Source of the DNA: Octopus vulgaris
Lineage: Eukaryota
Direction of reading: 5' to 3'
Assembly (NCBI GenBank): GCA_951406725.2
Contig: OX597820.1
Coordinates: forward strand, 46,252,001-46,316,000
Length of the DNA stretch: 64,000 nt
Part shown: piece after piece, positions 41,975 through 54,906 of the stretch
How positions within the stretch are numbered: the first letter of the stretch is position 1
How the letters are laid out: every line of letters starts with the position of its first letter
Position numbers and translations under genes: made by a program
Notes under the pieces: model-generated
What the model saw: only the letters and a program-made list of their open reading frames with translations
What the model was told of the DNA's origin: nothing
Databases searched by the model: none

Positions 41975-42272
41975 TCCTAGAAGCGTGGCACCTTGGGCAA
42001 GTGTCTTCTACAATTGCCTCGAGCGGACCAAAGCCTTGCGGGTGGGTTTTCAAGACAAAAAGCAAAAGAAACCCGTCATGTATGTGTGTGTGTGTATCTT
42101 TGTATCAGTGTTTGTTCCCTCCCTACCGCTTGGCAACTTAGTGGTTCAACAAAAGAGATCCGATAAAATAATTACTAGGCTTTAAAAAATAAGCCCCTGA
42201 GTTGAATTAGCCCATCAAATCTCTTTAAAGCGGTGCCCCAGTACGGGCATAGTCAAATGACTGAAACAATAA
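41975..42272 (+). mobile_element. SINE family B, diverged
   Basis: Body and tail similarity. Confidence 0.7.
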
Positions 42273-42274
42273 CG

Positions 42275-43170
42275 CAGATTTTTTTATACTTCGTTTATTT
42301 TTCAAAATTAAGATAAACAAATTGCTTTATTAATCTAAAATATACTCTCCTTCATTTTCTACAATGCCCTACAATCTGTCTGGTAGACTTGCAAGGCCTG
42401 TCTTCCAAAATTCTCTTGTCCGTAACGAAAAATACTCCTCCAGTACTGTTCTGACCTCGTCTACAGAATTCTTATTTTCTCCGTCCAAATGATTTTCAAA
42501 ACTGCGAAATAAATTATAATCAGATGGGGTATTGTCCGGCGAATATAGTGGGTGGGGCATCGTTTCCCATTCAAACTGCTCCAGCCTTTGGAATGTCATC
42601 CTTGCTGTATGTGACTGATCGTTATCCTGATGGAAGAACACATTTCGTCTTGAAACCTAACATGGTCGTTTTTCTTCTAGCGCTGGTGTCGATGAATGGT
42701 TGAATGACCAAATCCAAGTTTCTTTGCTAGTTTCTCGCTAGGATTTTGTTTCACAAGGGTTGGCAGGACGTCCTCGTCGAGCCCTACAGATCTTCCAGGA
42801 CGAGGCTCGTCTTCTAGGCTGTAGTTTCCGGCTAGGAATATCTAGAACCACCGTTGACACTGGCTTACACTTATTGTTCGATCCCCATATACTGCATTAA
42901 TATTCATCGCACTTTCTGTTGCGATGTTGCCTTTATTGAACTCATAAAGCAAAATATGCTGATTACGCTCCTTTGTCATTTCCATTATAGTTTTGAAAAA
43001 ATAACTGTTATAATTGAACTCCAGTCTTCAAAACTTACACTAAGAATAAAGACTAGGTACAATTATTGCCTGCTTTTAAAGCAAGTTAATGCAGGTAGTT
43101 TATTCTGCTCCCATTCGAATTTTAGGTCATGCAATTGAAAAAACCGCATTATTTATGGGATGACACAATA
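42275..43170 (-). mobile_element. Mariner transposase relic
   Basis: FHQDNDQSHT...PHPLYSPDNTPSDYNLFRS (YSPDLAPSD motif); one TIR-like end at 43144-43170. Confidence 0.85.
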
Positions 43171-43998
43171 ACATTTCAAATCATATTGAAGGAAATTTTA
43201 CGGTGGAATGGATGTAAAGGAAGGCCAATAGAAGTAAGTGGAGGGAGGAAGTAGGCAGCTCAATGGGTGTGCCGGGAGTGTTGAAGCAAGGAAGAGATAG
43301 GAGATTCAGAGCAGGAGAGGGAGGGGTGAGTGACCAGGGTATTGAGAGAAGTAGAAGTGGTGAGTCGGGTGATGAATGGGAAGGGGTACGGAGGGGTGGT
43401 CGTTGTTTGGTTTGACAACAAATGTTATAAGTTGGCGATAGTCGGGGCTATAGAACCGAGAGGGGGGTGATACAATGAGAGAGTGGGGAAGTGAATATTA
43501 AATTGAAGGGTGGCGAAGGGAGAATTCAAAGAATGAAGATGGGTTGACGACGGAGGAAGAATACAGAAGTAGGTAGAAAATATGAGAGTCAATAGAGCGT
43601 GGGGTGGACAGAGAGGGAGAAAGAGGGATAGGGTGGTAGCAAGAGCAAGTTAGTGCTAAGTTGTTCTGGTTGAAATTGTTCGGAGAAAATGGGAAAGGAA
43701 TTCGAAGTATGAGGATGGGGTGGCGGTAAAGGAGGATATGCTGGGTGAGAGGAATGTGCAATAGACAGTAGCCCTTACATACATATGTAAATATGACATT
43801 CATTCGTCAGTTTGTATGATCCAAATCAAAGTGGAGTGCTCAATAGATGCTGTAGAGCACATAGTTTTATTTTTTATTGAATCTGAGATTTTGTTTTGCG
43901 ATTCAAGTTTTTTTCTCATTGCCAATCTTTTCTTTCAGAAGAAGAATATAAACGAGAAACGTAAATGACTTTTCATTCTATTTCTTCCCATTTCCATA

Positions 43999-44337
43999 TA
44001 TATTTTCTCCTCGACTTACGATCTATATAACTTACGGCCATCCGCACTTACGACCATCTGCATTCACGACCACAAAATAAATAAACAAATAAATAATCGG
44101 ACGGTAATCGAACGTTGGACAGCTGCGCGTACGATAACTATGGCAGCATCTGGCAACGCAGGCCGCCTTCAGACCTAGGCATCCACTACCTGCTACTGTG
44201 TCTGAGTCGTTTTCAAGCATCAGTTGCGTTTGAATGAAAATAGTATTGAAAAATATAAATTCGACATACGACCAATCAAATCGACTTACGAACTCTCAGG
44301 TGGAACGGAACTCGTTCGTAAGTCGAGGAGAAGGTGT
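43999..44337. mobile_element. MITE (pogo/Tigger-like TIRs)
   Basis: ttctcctcgacttacga / tcgtaagtcgaggagaa; internal cttacg repeats; TA flanks. Confidence 0.75.
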
Positions 44338-44398
44338 ATAATGTTTAAATTTTGAAACGGATATTACATTCAATTTATTGTTTCTCTTTCGTTTCCAG

Positions 44399-44569
44399 CT
44401 GTACGAAACCTACCTAGCGGATAGTGTGACATTGATAGATACGGTAATAGAAGAAATGTCTCTGGACGCTAGTGCACAAGAGAAACCATGGAACATTTGC
44501 TGTCCGCTTAGTGGCTGCACCATGCATGATGTAGCACCATCCGTTCAATTCATGGAAAAAGCAGTGGAT
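44399..44569 (+). CDS. iGluR/IR-like exon (ATD)
   Basis: tttccag acceptor, GAT|gtgagt donor, 171 nt, phase 0-0; LYETYLADSVTLI resembles the A-L-x-YDAV helix. Confidence 0.85.
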
Positions 44570-45181
44570 GTGAGTACCTCCTTCCCTTTGTTTTACACAT
44601 ATGTTGCTTCATGATAATATGAAACGTCTGGTGATGGTGAAGAGTATAATAATGTTGGAATAGTAAGGTTTGGATGGTGATGGTTGTATTATTATTATGG
44701 CTACTGTTGTTGTTATTATTTTTGTTGTTGTCGTTGTATGCCAATTACAACTGGGGTTGTTCTGGAGAAACAGGAGCTGTTTATGTTACAACACTAGACA
44801 AGATTGCTTTAAGAAGCCCAGAAGGGATTATCTTTCCTCATCGAGCGAGATAATATTGCGCCGGCTCCTACACCATTATTTTATATTATGCAGTTAGAAA
44901 AATAAACAGAAAAAAGAAGAGCTAATATTTGTAGACTTGCACATAGTCCACTTTGCCTGAAGAGGCTCAGAGGGACTTGACTACCCTCATCTAGGTAGAT
45001 TATCTCCTGTCAGATGCCAAAATGCTATTTCAGACATTAAACTTTTACGTAACCTCGAGATTTTTATGTAGTTCTTAATGTCTTGCGCCGTTATGGCCAC
45101 TAATAGAAATCATCATCATTGTCGTCGTCATCACCATTATTATCATCATCATCATTATTGTTGTTCTTGTTGTTATTATTA

Positions 45182-45773
45182 TCGAGTGAGTGAGCAGTGC
45201 ATGCCATCAAAGTGTCACTGAGGTGCAAATATACGAAGTCCAATATACCCATTTACCCCTTTGATAAGGGCACATCAGGCACATGCATCATAACCATATG
45301 TGCATGACATGGTGATCTCATATGAAGATAAACAGCGCATGACCTTGCAGGTGGGGCCTAGTTAGCATTTTCTTCAGGTCAAGTAGCCCCTACCATTCAA
45401 AAGGTCCCTGAATAAGGATTGTTTAAGGATGTTGAATACAACACCTATGTTTCCAAAGGCGAATTATCCAAATCCCAAAGAATTCCTCTCAACATATGGC
45501 TATAATGCTCCCCCACTACTTCTGCTCGTGATCAAAGATGCACATATCGTCAGCCACCAAGGAACATGCTCAACTGGTTGAGGTCAAACAACTGACAAGC
45601 AGATCTGTGGTATAGAGCAGAGTATTTGCTGTAGCCCATCTTTTATACCAAGACAAAACAATGTACATGATAACACTTCCAATCAGTTAAGATCAGAAGT
45701 CATGAGAGCCACTGCCTGGTATTACATCAGGGAATTGGTACTACATCAGCGCATGGTACTGCATCAGGGCATG
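45182..45773 (+). mobile_element. Unclassified interspersed element between (ATT)n tracts
   Basis: Non-repetitive block bounded by ATT repeats, ending in three copies of about tggtactgcatcagggca; strand inferred from that tail. Confidence 0.5.
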
Positions 45774-45859
45774 GTTATTATTATTATTGTTATTATTATT
45801 ATTATTATTACTATTATTATTGTTATTATTATTATTATTATTACTATTATTATTATTAT

Positions 45860-45977
<118 letters not shown>

Positions 45978-46199
45978 TATAGCAGCAGCAGTAGTAGTAG
46001 TAGTGGTTGTGGTGGTTGTGGAAAAAGTAGAAAAAGAATTTGCTGTTATTGTAGTGGTGGCGGCGGTGGTGGCTGTGAATATAATTTTTAGATGGTCTTT
46101 GCATAATAATTGCTAATTGTCATTTCTTCGTGACATAAGTAATATGAGCGGTGGAGTAACTAATGAAATAACCAAAATAATTCCTCTTCTATGATACAG

Positions 46200-46307
46200 A
46201 CACAGTTTTATGGATGTAGCGGACCATTCTCATTTGATTCCAAGACTGGACATCGCCAGGTGACTTTTGGCTTGTATCATCTAAAGAACTCTGATATCGC
46301 TGAACAG
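46200..46307 (+). CDS. iGluR/IR-like exon (end of ATD), absent from the ORF track
   Basis: atacag acceptor, CAG|gtgaga donor, 108 nt, phase 0-0; TQFYGCSGPFSFDSKTGHRQVTFGLYHL matches F-x-G-x-TG-x-x-x-FD-x-x-G-x-R. Confidence 0.9.
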
Positions 46308-46452
46308 GTGAGACAAAGTGGCGATTTCATATGATTTGGTTTAATTTAAATGTAGAAACGTTTAATAGATAGAGATTGTGTTGATGATATGTAGGTAGAC
46401 ACAGTGTGTAGATGCTGACTGGTTAGATAGTTGCAGGATGTTAACGTTGACT

Positions 46453-46505
<53 letters not shown>

Positions 46506-46897
46506 CACACACACACACATGCGCACATGCACGCACACACAAGAGTATGTGTGTGATTTCGTGTCAAAGTTTAGTAGTATACCATTAGATTATGTAATGT
46601 GTAATGTGTATCCGAACAAAATATTTATCTTGACTTAGTTCGTCCAATTTATTTTCTGAAATTAAGTCACAAGAAGATCCATGTTCCATTTCCTTCGTTC
46701 GAGAAAACAAGCATCATTCAAGAACAGGGTTACATATATCTAATGAAATATATAGAGATATACAGGGTGTCCCCTATATATATATATACATATATAGTTA
46801 ATCCAAACATGAAAACACCAAGAGAAAACACAACAACGCGAGGACGTGGAACAAGTATAGTATTATTGGACGCCCAGGAAAGAAGGAAAGAAGTAGG

Positions 46898-46932
46898 GTT
46901 TAACGTTTCGAGCGGAGATCTTCGTCAGAAAC
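46898..46932 (-). ncRNA. Minimal hammerhead motif, intact core
   Basis: gttt-CTGACGA-a-gatc-tcc-gctc-GAAAC-GTT-aaac; one mismatch in stem II; in a (TA)n-flanked unit related to 27500-27650 and 33940-34130. Confidence 0.65.
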
Positions 46933-47006
46933 ATAGGAAAAGGAAAGATCCAAAGAAGGGAAGACGGAGGGAAAAATCGCCAACGGTACACACGGTCACA
47001 TTTTGA

Positions 47007-47087
<81 letters not shown>

Positions 47088-47089
47088 AT

Positions 47090-47290
47090 ACTCTTTTGTT
47101 TCAGTCATTTGACTGCGGCCATGCTGGAGCACCGCCTTTATAGTCGAGCAAATCGATCTCAGAGCTGATTCTCGTAAGCCTAGTACTTACTATATCGGTA
47201 TCTTTTGCCGAACCGCTAAATTACAGGCACGTAGGCTCACCAGCACCGGTTGTCAAGCGATATTGAGGGGACAAGCACAAACACACGAAC
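47090..47290 (-). mobile_element. SINE family B 3' half
   Basis: Shared tail. Confidence 0.8.
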
Positions 47291-47314
47291 ACATATATAC
47301 ATACATATACATAC

Positions 47315-47368
<54 letters not shown>

Positions 47369-47379
47369 ATATATATATA

Positions 47380-47665
47380 TGAAAAAGGAAAAGAATGACA
47401 TCACTATTAGTTCTAACCAATTTAATGTTTAATAATATAATTTTACAGTTTGGTTTGTAGATCTAGTGAGTTGCTTGGAGATCAGTTTAACAATCGCCAC
47501 CGACGAATGCGAGCAAGTTCTCCAGAAAAGTTAACATGGGCTCTTTAAAAAATATATTCACAGAAGTTAACAAAGAACTTGCAAGAACTACAAACCAAAC
47601 TGTAAAATTATATTATTGAAAAATTAAATTAATTAGAACTACCAGTCATTATTTTCCTTTCTCAA
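47380..47665. repeat. Fold-back AT-rich element (imperfect arms)
   Basis: aataatataattttacagtttggtttgtag at about 47431 is inverted at about 47588. Confidence 0.75.
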
Positions 47666-47870
47666 ATGTACCTAACTGTACCAAGAATTTTACATTTTCT
47701 TATATATATATTTCGCTTTGGGATTTGGTTTGCAAGATTCTTTATTATGTGAGTTCGTATGTTGGAGCATATTTTCTCGTGTCTTGGGAGAGTCGTTCTC
47801 TTTTTTTTTTATTTATTTCTTAAATAAATATTGTTTAACTCTATTTGCTTATTTATTTAGCTATTTTCAT

Positions 47871-47972
47871 TAACCTGAAGATTGACTATAATTTTAATTC
47901 GAATTTATTTCAATTGAATTTAAACTTAATTGTAATTCGAATTTAATTCTAGCCATGAAACGTGCGTAGTGT
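47871..47972 (+). ncRNA. Hammerhead motif with long stem II insert, intact core
   Basis: CTGAAGA-ttgacta...tagccat-GAAAC-GTGC-GTA-gtg; stem I imperfect; downstream 48090-48145 resembles the 18160 family arm. Confidence 0.55.
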
Positions 47973-48147
47973 TTTTACTTATTATATTATATATCTATCA
48001 TTCATTTTCTACTTTTTGAGATCAAGTTATAAGTTATATATTTATAAAAAAAATTATATATATATATATATTATTAGTTATTTATGTATTGGTTTATGTC
48101 TATCACTGTTTGAGTTGCATAATAGTGGTTTTTATCTCTAATTCATA

Positions 48148-48190
<43 letters not shown>

Positions 48191-48462
48191 CTCACAATTT
48201 AGGTTAGTTGAGATATGTGACAAACATATTTCAACTAACCTAAAGTGGGATTATGCGTAAACACTGCTTAGCGCATTTACTCTGATATACGTATATACAT
48301 ATATTATACGTATATGTATCATAAATGTGTGTGAAAAAAGCACACTCACATACACACACACATACACGCACACACACACACAAACATACACTCATATATG
48401 CCTTTTTTCAAATACATCATTTACATGTCTCAAGTTCGTCTTTGTTACCTTGTTGTTTTCAG

Positions 48463-48564
48463 TTTGGCTATTGGAATCGAACTTCCGGTCTGGTTCTGTT
48501 TAATCCGAACGAGACCCACCGCAACAATTGGCGCTTTAAAAAATTGAGAGCTATAACAATAATT
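48463..48564 (+). CDS. iGluR/IR-like exon (ATD-S1 linker)
   Basis: ttttcag acceptor, ATT|gtaagt donor, 102 nt, phase 0-0; FGYWNRTSGL...KKLRAITII (G-x-W motif; L-x-V-T-T-I-like strand). Confidence 0.9.
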
Positions 48565-48729
48565 GTAAGTGAATATAATAACTATCTGCATACCCTATAT
48601 TAAAACTATTTCTCTACTATAACACCATTTCTACTCTAATTTTTCAATAACATTATTTCCCTACAATAACAATTACTGATCTGTGACACTACCACTGCAC
48701 TATACACATTAACACCATTATTGCACTGC

Positions 48730-48872
48730 AAATTTTGCCGAAGTCGACTTTACCTGTCATCTTTTCGGGGTCGATAAATTAAGTACCAGTGAAATTCTGG
48801 GGTCGATGTGATCGGCTAGCCACCACCTCCACTAAAACTTAGGGCCTTGTGCCTATAATAGAAAGGATTATT
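48730..48872 (+). mobile_element. SINE family A 3' part
   Basis: Core plus old-type tail. Confidence 0.75.
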
Positions 48873-49219
48873 ACATTTCAATAACGTGTATAACCTCGAT
48901 TACATAAATCTGCAGACGAAGATCGATGGATAAAAAATTGGTATGCGTTACACCTTCCATGGGTCATTAGTTCTATTAAACATTGATTTTTGACTCCAAG
49001 GAATTTTTTCAGTACTTCTAAATTGGATGTTTTTGAGAGCATTTGTCGTAGATTAAGTACACAAATGTAGCATTAGTTGAATAAGTTCAACTTTCTGAGA
49101 CATTAAATGCAGACACAAATATTTTTAAATTCTGAAGTACTCATAGTCAAGCCAGATTTTCTCGTATTTGCGTTTTACATTTTGCCTTATATCTTTAAAA
49201 CCGGAGAAGTCCTAATATT

Positions 49220-49800
49220 GGTTTCAAATTTTGGCACAAAGCCAACAAGTTCGGGGGAGAACATATGTCGATGACATCGACCCCAGTTATCAACTGGAAC
49301 TTATTTTATCGACCCCGCAAGGATGAAAGGAAAAGTCGACCCCAGCAACATTTGAACACAGAACGTAAAGTCGGACGAAATACCTATTTCTTTACTACCC
49401 ACATGGGGCTAAACATAGAGGGGACAAACAAGGACAGACAAACAGAGTAAGTCAATTACATCGACCCCAGTGCGCAACTGGTACTTAATTTATCAACCCC
49501 GAAAGGATGAAAGGCAAAGTCGACCTCGGCGGAATTTGAACTCAGAACGTTGCGGCAGACGAAAGACTTATTTCTTTACTACCCACAAGGGGCTAAACAC
49601 AGAGAGGACAAACAAGGACAGACAGATGGATTAAGTCGATTATATCGACCCCAGTGAGTAACTGGTACTTAATTTATCGACCCGGAAAGGATGAAAGGCA
49701 AAGTCAACCTCGGCGTAATTTGAACTCAGAACGTAACGACAGACGAAATACCGCTAAGTATGTTACCCGGCGTGCTAAAAATTCGGCCAGATCGCCGTCT
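49220..49800 (-). mobile_element. SINE family A tandem trimer
   Basis: Same head + young + young + old layout as 2487-3066. Confidence 0.85.
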
Positions 49801-50140
49801 TAGAAGAGTCCTAATATTAAAACTCATGTTTTACTGACAGATTTTACTGTGAGCTTACAAAATAATATAGGGTTTGATATAGGGATTTTCAAGGTTTTCA
49901 AGTTGTTTTTACACTTGCTTCTAAAATTCCTAAAAATGCAGTTTTTTCTGATTTCTTCGCAGAGATCCTTAACAAATCTTAGAAAAAAAAATAATGCTTT
50001 CAAACTTTGCCATAAAAGCAGCAATTTTTTTTTGGTGGGGAGATATGTCGACTACATAGATCCCAGTGTTCAACTGGCACTTATTTTATCGACCCCGAAA
50101 GAATGAAAGGTAAAGTCGACATCGGCGGAATTTGAACTCA

Positions 50141-50215
<75 letters not shown>

Positions 50216-50217
50216 TG

Positions 50218-50270
<53 letters not shown>

Positions 50271-50631
50271 TATGTTTCATGCTCTAAGAAACTCACCAAA
50301 ATCATCAAAATTGACGTTTTTCGACTGAAATTATATGTAGTTATTTTGCGTTTGAGAATAACAACTAAATATTTTTTCTTAAATTCTCAATTATTTTCAA
50401 ATGAAATTTTTTCACTTTTAATTAAATTGGAATTCTCGTAAAAATGTATTGAATTAAGGTGTAAGCATAGGTTTATTTATTTATTCATTTTGGTGAATTA
50501 ATTATTTGTTGTTTTGAAAGTCTAAATATCTATTCATTTGGAAAACTAGATGTTTCTTTTGTCTATGTCTATGCAGTAGCCCACTGTGCACTCTGAGAAC
50601 ACTATCGCTGTACTATTATAACACCAATATA

Positions 50632-51028
50632 AGTTTCAAATTTTGGCACAAATCCAGCAATTTCGGGGCCGGGGTAAGTCAATTACATCAACTCCAGTGC
50701 TCAACTGGTACTTATTTTATCGATCAAGAAAGGATGAAAGGCAAAGTCGACCTCGGCGAAATTTCAACTCAGAACATAAAGATGGACGAAATACCTATTT
50801 CTTTACCACCCACAAGGGGCTAGACACAGAGGGGACAAACAAGGACAGACAAACGGATCAAGTCGATTACGTCGACCCCAGTGCGCAACTGGTACTTAAT
50901 TTATCGACCCCGAAAGGATGAAAGGCAAAGTCGACCTCGGCGGAATTTGAACCCAGAACGTAACGGCAGACGAAATACTGCAACGCATTTCGCCCGGCGT
51001 GCTAACGTTTCTGCCAGCTCGCTGCCTT
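50632..51028 (-). mobile_element. SINE family A tandem dimer
   Basis: Head + young + old; junction cgaaatac|ctatttcttt. Confidence 0.85.
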
Positions 51029-51326
51029 GGTTATAAAACCAATATTGCAAAACGATAAGAGTATTGAGACTCTGTAAAAATATAAATCATTGCAACAGTA
51101 TAACAACTTCATTTCAAGTGGTGCTTGTGGCAGTGGTAGTGTTTGTGTTGTTGGTGATGATAGCAGAGCTCCATTTAAACGACTACACATTCCTGCTCCT
51201 TGTACACGCGTAATAAAAAAAAATATCTTGAATATCTATCGTTGTAAAAAAAGTTATTACTGTTTCTTTTTATTGCTGTCTCTATTTTTATTGTACTTTC
51301 TATTGCTACTTTCTCTCGTATTGCAG

Positions 51327-51506
51327 GAACCGCCGTTTGTGGAACTACACAATGGTACCTTCTCAGGTTATACAATCGATGTGTTTGAGAAAGTGTCCAA
51401 TATGACCCATTTCGAATATACCATCAGTGAATGTGCTGACAAGAACTACGGCACACTGTTCAAAAACAATACCTGGGGTGGTTGCATCGGACAAATGCTA
51501 CGTGGG
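51327..51506 (+). CDS. iGluR/IR-like exon, S1 ligand-binding lobe
   Basis: ttgcag acceptor, GGG|gtcaga donor, 180 nt; EPPFV...FSGYTIDVFEKVS...FEYTI...DKNYG...WGGCIGQMLRG matches E-P-P-F-V / G-Y-C-I-D / D-G-K-Y-G / W-N-G-M-I-G-E-L. Confidence 0.95.
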
Positions 51507-51904
51507 GTCAGATATGACATTTATTTATTTATTCATATTCATTTATTTATTTATTTATTTATTTATTTATCTATCTATCTATCTGTCTCTGCTGTTTTCT
51601 TTGTTGTTTATTGTTTGTATGGATTATGGAGCAGTTAATGAGTGTTGAAAAGGTCGATACTGCTCATATGTAAGATCTTCCATATATTTCTGTCATTATG
51701 TTACACGCACACATACATATGCAAACATACAAGCATATATACGAGTGTGTTTGTTTGTATGCACACACATACACACACACACACATACACACACACATAC
51801 ACACACACACACATATATAACTTAGAATAACTTAGAAAGGTTTTGGCCAGTATTGGCCCAGGCCATGTCTAACTTAATAGCACCACCTCGTGAAGTCTTT
51901 CAGT

Positions 51905-54900
51905 TCAGGATTTGGGCACCAAGGCCCATTCGAGCAGAGAGTTATTGTTTGCGGAGACATATCCGGGTGTGGGTGGTTTGTCCGGTACTGTTTGAAGGAA
52001 TTTGTCCAAAGACTTCTTGAATTTTGTGTGGTCAGTTTCTTTTTTGACGTGCCCTGGTGTAATGTTGAAGAGAGCAGGTCCAATTGAGGTGAAATAGTTG
52101 TGCCGTATTGTCGTTATGTGATGCGATTTAGATTTTTGTTGTGGACGGATGGCACGTGGTCCAAGCCTTGGATGCATTTTGAAGGTGATGCCAACATCAT
52201 TCGGACAGTGCTGGTGGAATATTTTCCACATCATACAGATAATGTAGCGTTCACGGCGTCGTTGGAGTGAATACAATTTCAGCTTCTCTAGTCTACCCCA
52301 GTAGTCAAGGTCTGACATGCCATCTATCTTTTTTGTGATTGACCTTTGGGGAGCTTCAATTCTCATAATATTTTGTTTTGTGTAGGGAGACCACAGTGGA
52401 CAGCAGTATTCAAGGTGGGGTCGGGCAAAAGTGGAGAAAAGAAGGATAATAGCGTGGGAATCTCTCGACTGGAAGGTTCTGAGAATCCAGGAACACATTC
52501 TGCGGGCCATGTCAACTTTGCTGCTTATATGTGTAGCCCAGCTTATGTTGTTGTCCACTGTTACTCCCAGGTCTCTGATGTTGTTGGATGCCATGAGAAT
52601 TTCTCCAGAAGGAAGAGAGTATGGGAGTTTCAGAGCGTCCTCCCTTCCAAAGTGGATCAGTTCAAATTTGTCTTCATTTAGCAACATGTTTTTCCGCCCA
52701 TTGGACAACAGCCAGTAGGTCTGACTGAAGGTTTATTCGGTCATCCACGCCATTGATGACCTTCTGGAGCTTGGAGTCATCAGCGAAGGTTCTGATGTTA
52801 CTGTGTTTGATGGTATCAGTAATATCATTTATGTAGATGATGAAGAGAAGTGGGCCCAACACAGTGCCTTGTGGGACACCACTGCTTACTTTGGCTGGGC
52901 TGGATTTGACTCCTTCGACTACAACATGTTGGGTTCTGTTAGACAGGAAGCACTTGATCCACTGCAGCAACTTTCCAGTGACACCAATATTGGACAGCTT
53001 TCTCAGAAGGATCTTATGATCAACCCTGTCAAAGGCCTTGCTGAAATCAAGGTAAATGACATCAGTGTTGGAACCTTCTCCCAAGGCTCTCAAAATGTCA
53101 TCAAAATGATGCAGTAGCTGCGTCAGGCAATCTCTCCCATTGCGGAATCCATGCTGGTTGGGGTTCAGCATATTATGACTCTCAAGGAAGTGAGTCATAC
53201 GCGATCTCAGCACCCTCTCAAATACCTTGATGATATGAGAGGTGAGTGAGATTGGACGGTAATTCACGGCAAGCGATTTGTTTCCTTTTTTGAAAACTGG
53301 GACAACAGACTGGGATAGAAGGTCCTCTGGTATATATCCAGCATCCAGTGAGTTCCGCCACAGATTGGCTAGAGGGGGTGCAAGTTGGTTTTGACACATC
53401 TTCAAGACACAAGCAGGGACCTACTGCTGAATTATGCTTCATTTCCTTTATTGCTGCTAATACATCAGGAGCGCCAAATGTTATGTCCGATAAAGTGTAT
53501 TGGGGAGTAACATCACTGATACAGCCCAGATCAGTCAGATCAGGATTGCTGAAAACAGAGCAATATTGTTTCTGCAATATCTCTCCCATGGTTTTGGCAT
53601 TGTCTTGAAGAGTACCATTTTCATCAATCAGAGGGCCAACAGTAGAACCAGTGACTCTGTGTTTTTTTGCAAATGAAAAGAACACTTTGGGATTGAGTTT
53701 GATCTTCTCAATGGCCCAGGCCTCTTCAGCTCTTCGCTGACTATTGATGATAGACATCATGTTGTTTTGGAGTTTATGTTTTTTAATCTCTAGCGACGAG
53801 ATGGCAGTCAGGTTGGTGTGTTGCTGTTGACAGTATTTCAGCATGTTGATCTTTTTGTTGATTCTTTTAATTTTCCTTATGAGAGATTTTCTATTTCTAG
53901 GGATTCGACACTTAGATTTGTTTGCAGATCTTAATGGGGTGTGTCTTGCACATATGTTCATGATGGTGTCTACAAGTGACTGCCAGGATTTTTTAATGTT
54001 AGTGGGTGTGTATGTGTGCGTGAAGGACCAATCGACTTGTGCAAGATCATTATTGATCGCTTCCCAGTTTGCATTGTGGAAATCCATAGTGTCAAATGGA
54101 TGAACAGGAGGGATGACATTTGTTTTGCATTTTGGCCAGTGAAATCTCAGATCACAGAGAACCATGTCATGGTCGGAGAGTAGGGTTTTCTCCACTGCAA
54201 TATTGTGGATAGTATCAGTGTGATTGCTGAAAATTAAGTCTAAGACGTTTTTGTGACATCTCGTTGGTTCGAGTACCAGTTGGGACAAGAAGAAGTCATC
54301 CATGAAGTCAAGAAGCGATTCCACTGCCTCCCTGTCAGGGGTTGAGAGAGAAGAACCTGGCGGCAGACTGTTTGTAGACCAGTCAACCCCGGGAAGGTTG
54401 AAGTCTCCCATCATTAAAGTGTTGTCAGGTTGACACTGCTGAATGAAACACTTTATGCTGTTGAGGCATTCCTTGAAGCATGGTAGGGGCGTTTTGGGTG
54501 GTCTGTAGAGCCCAACTACTGTTAAGTTGTTGGTTTGACTGAATACAGCGACTGCTTCGCAGTATCCATTCGAAAATATGTTCATGGCTTCTGTTGAGAA
54601 TGAATCATGGACATAAATGGCAGTCCCACCCTTTCTTCTGCCAGCACGATCAGCACGAATGGTTTTGAAATTTTTAACTTTCACCTCGGCTTCCAAGTGG
54701 AGGTCACTAAGATGGGTTTCAGTGAGGACGAAGAAAGGGATGTGGTTTGGATGGGCCTCGACCCAGTCCTCCAGGAATCTTATCTTCCATTTTTGTGTAT
54801 TGGTGGAAGGGCTGATGCCTTGGGCATTAAGCAGAAATGTTGAGGCGAGAGTGGATGGTTTTAATTGTTTTGGTGATTTGTTTATTTGATTGCTTTTTAA

Positions 54901-54906
54901 TGGCAT
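51905..54906 (-). pseudogene. LINE ORF2 (AP endonuclease + reverse transcriptase), two frameshifts
   Basis: LTETHL, GLYRPP, MGDFNLP, LDLIF, SDH; NYRPISLTS, QHGFR, YLDFSKAFD, GVPQGTVLGP, FADD, DLGV, LYSLQRRRERY; frame breaks near 53415 and 52690. Confidence 0.92.

Noticed and set aside
44761-44853. SGETGAVYV reading resembling the ATD G-x-TG motif
   Set aside because: No splice sites, ends in a stop; the real motif is in exon 46200-46307
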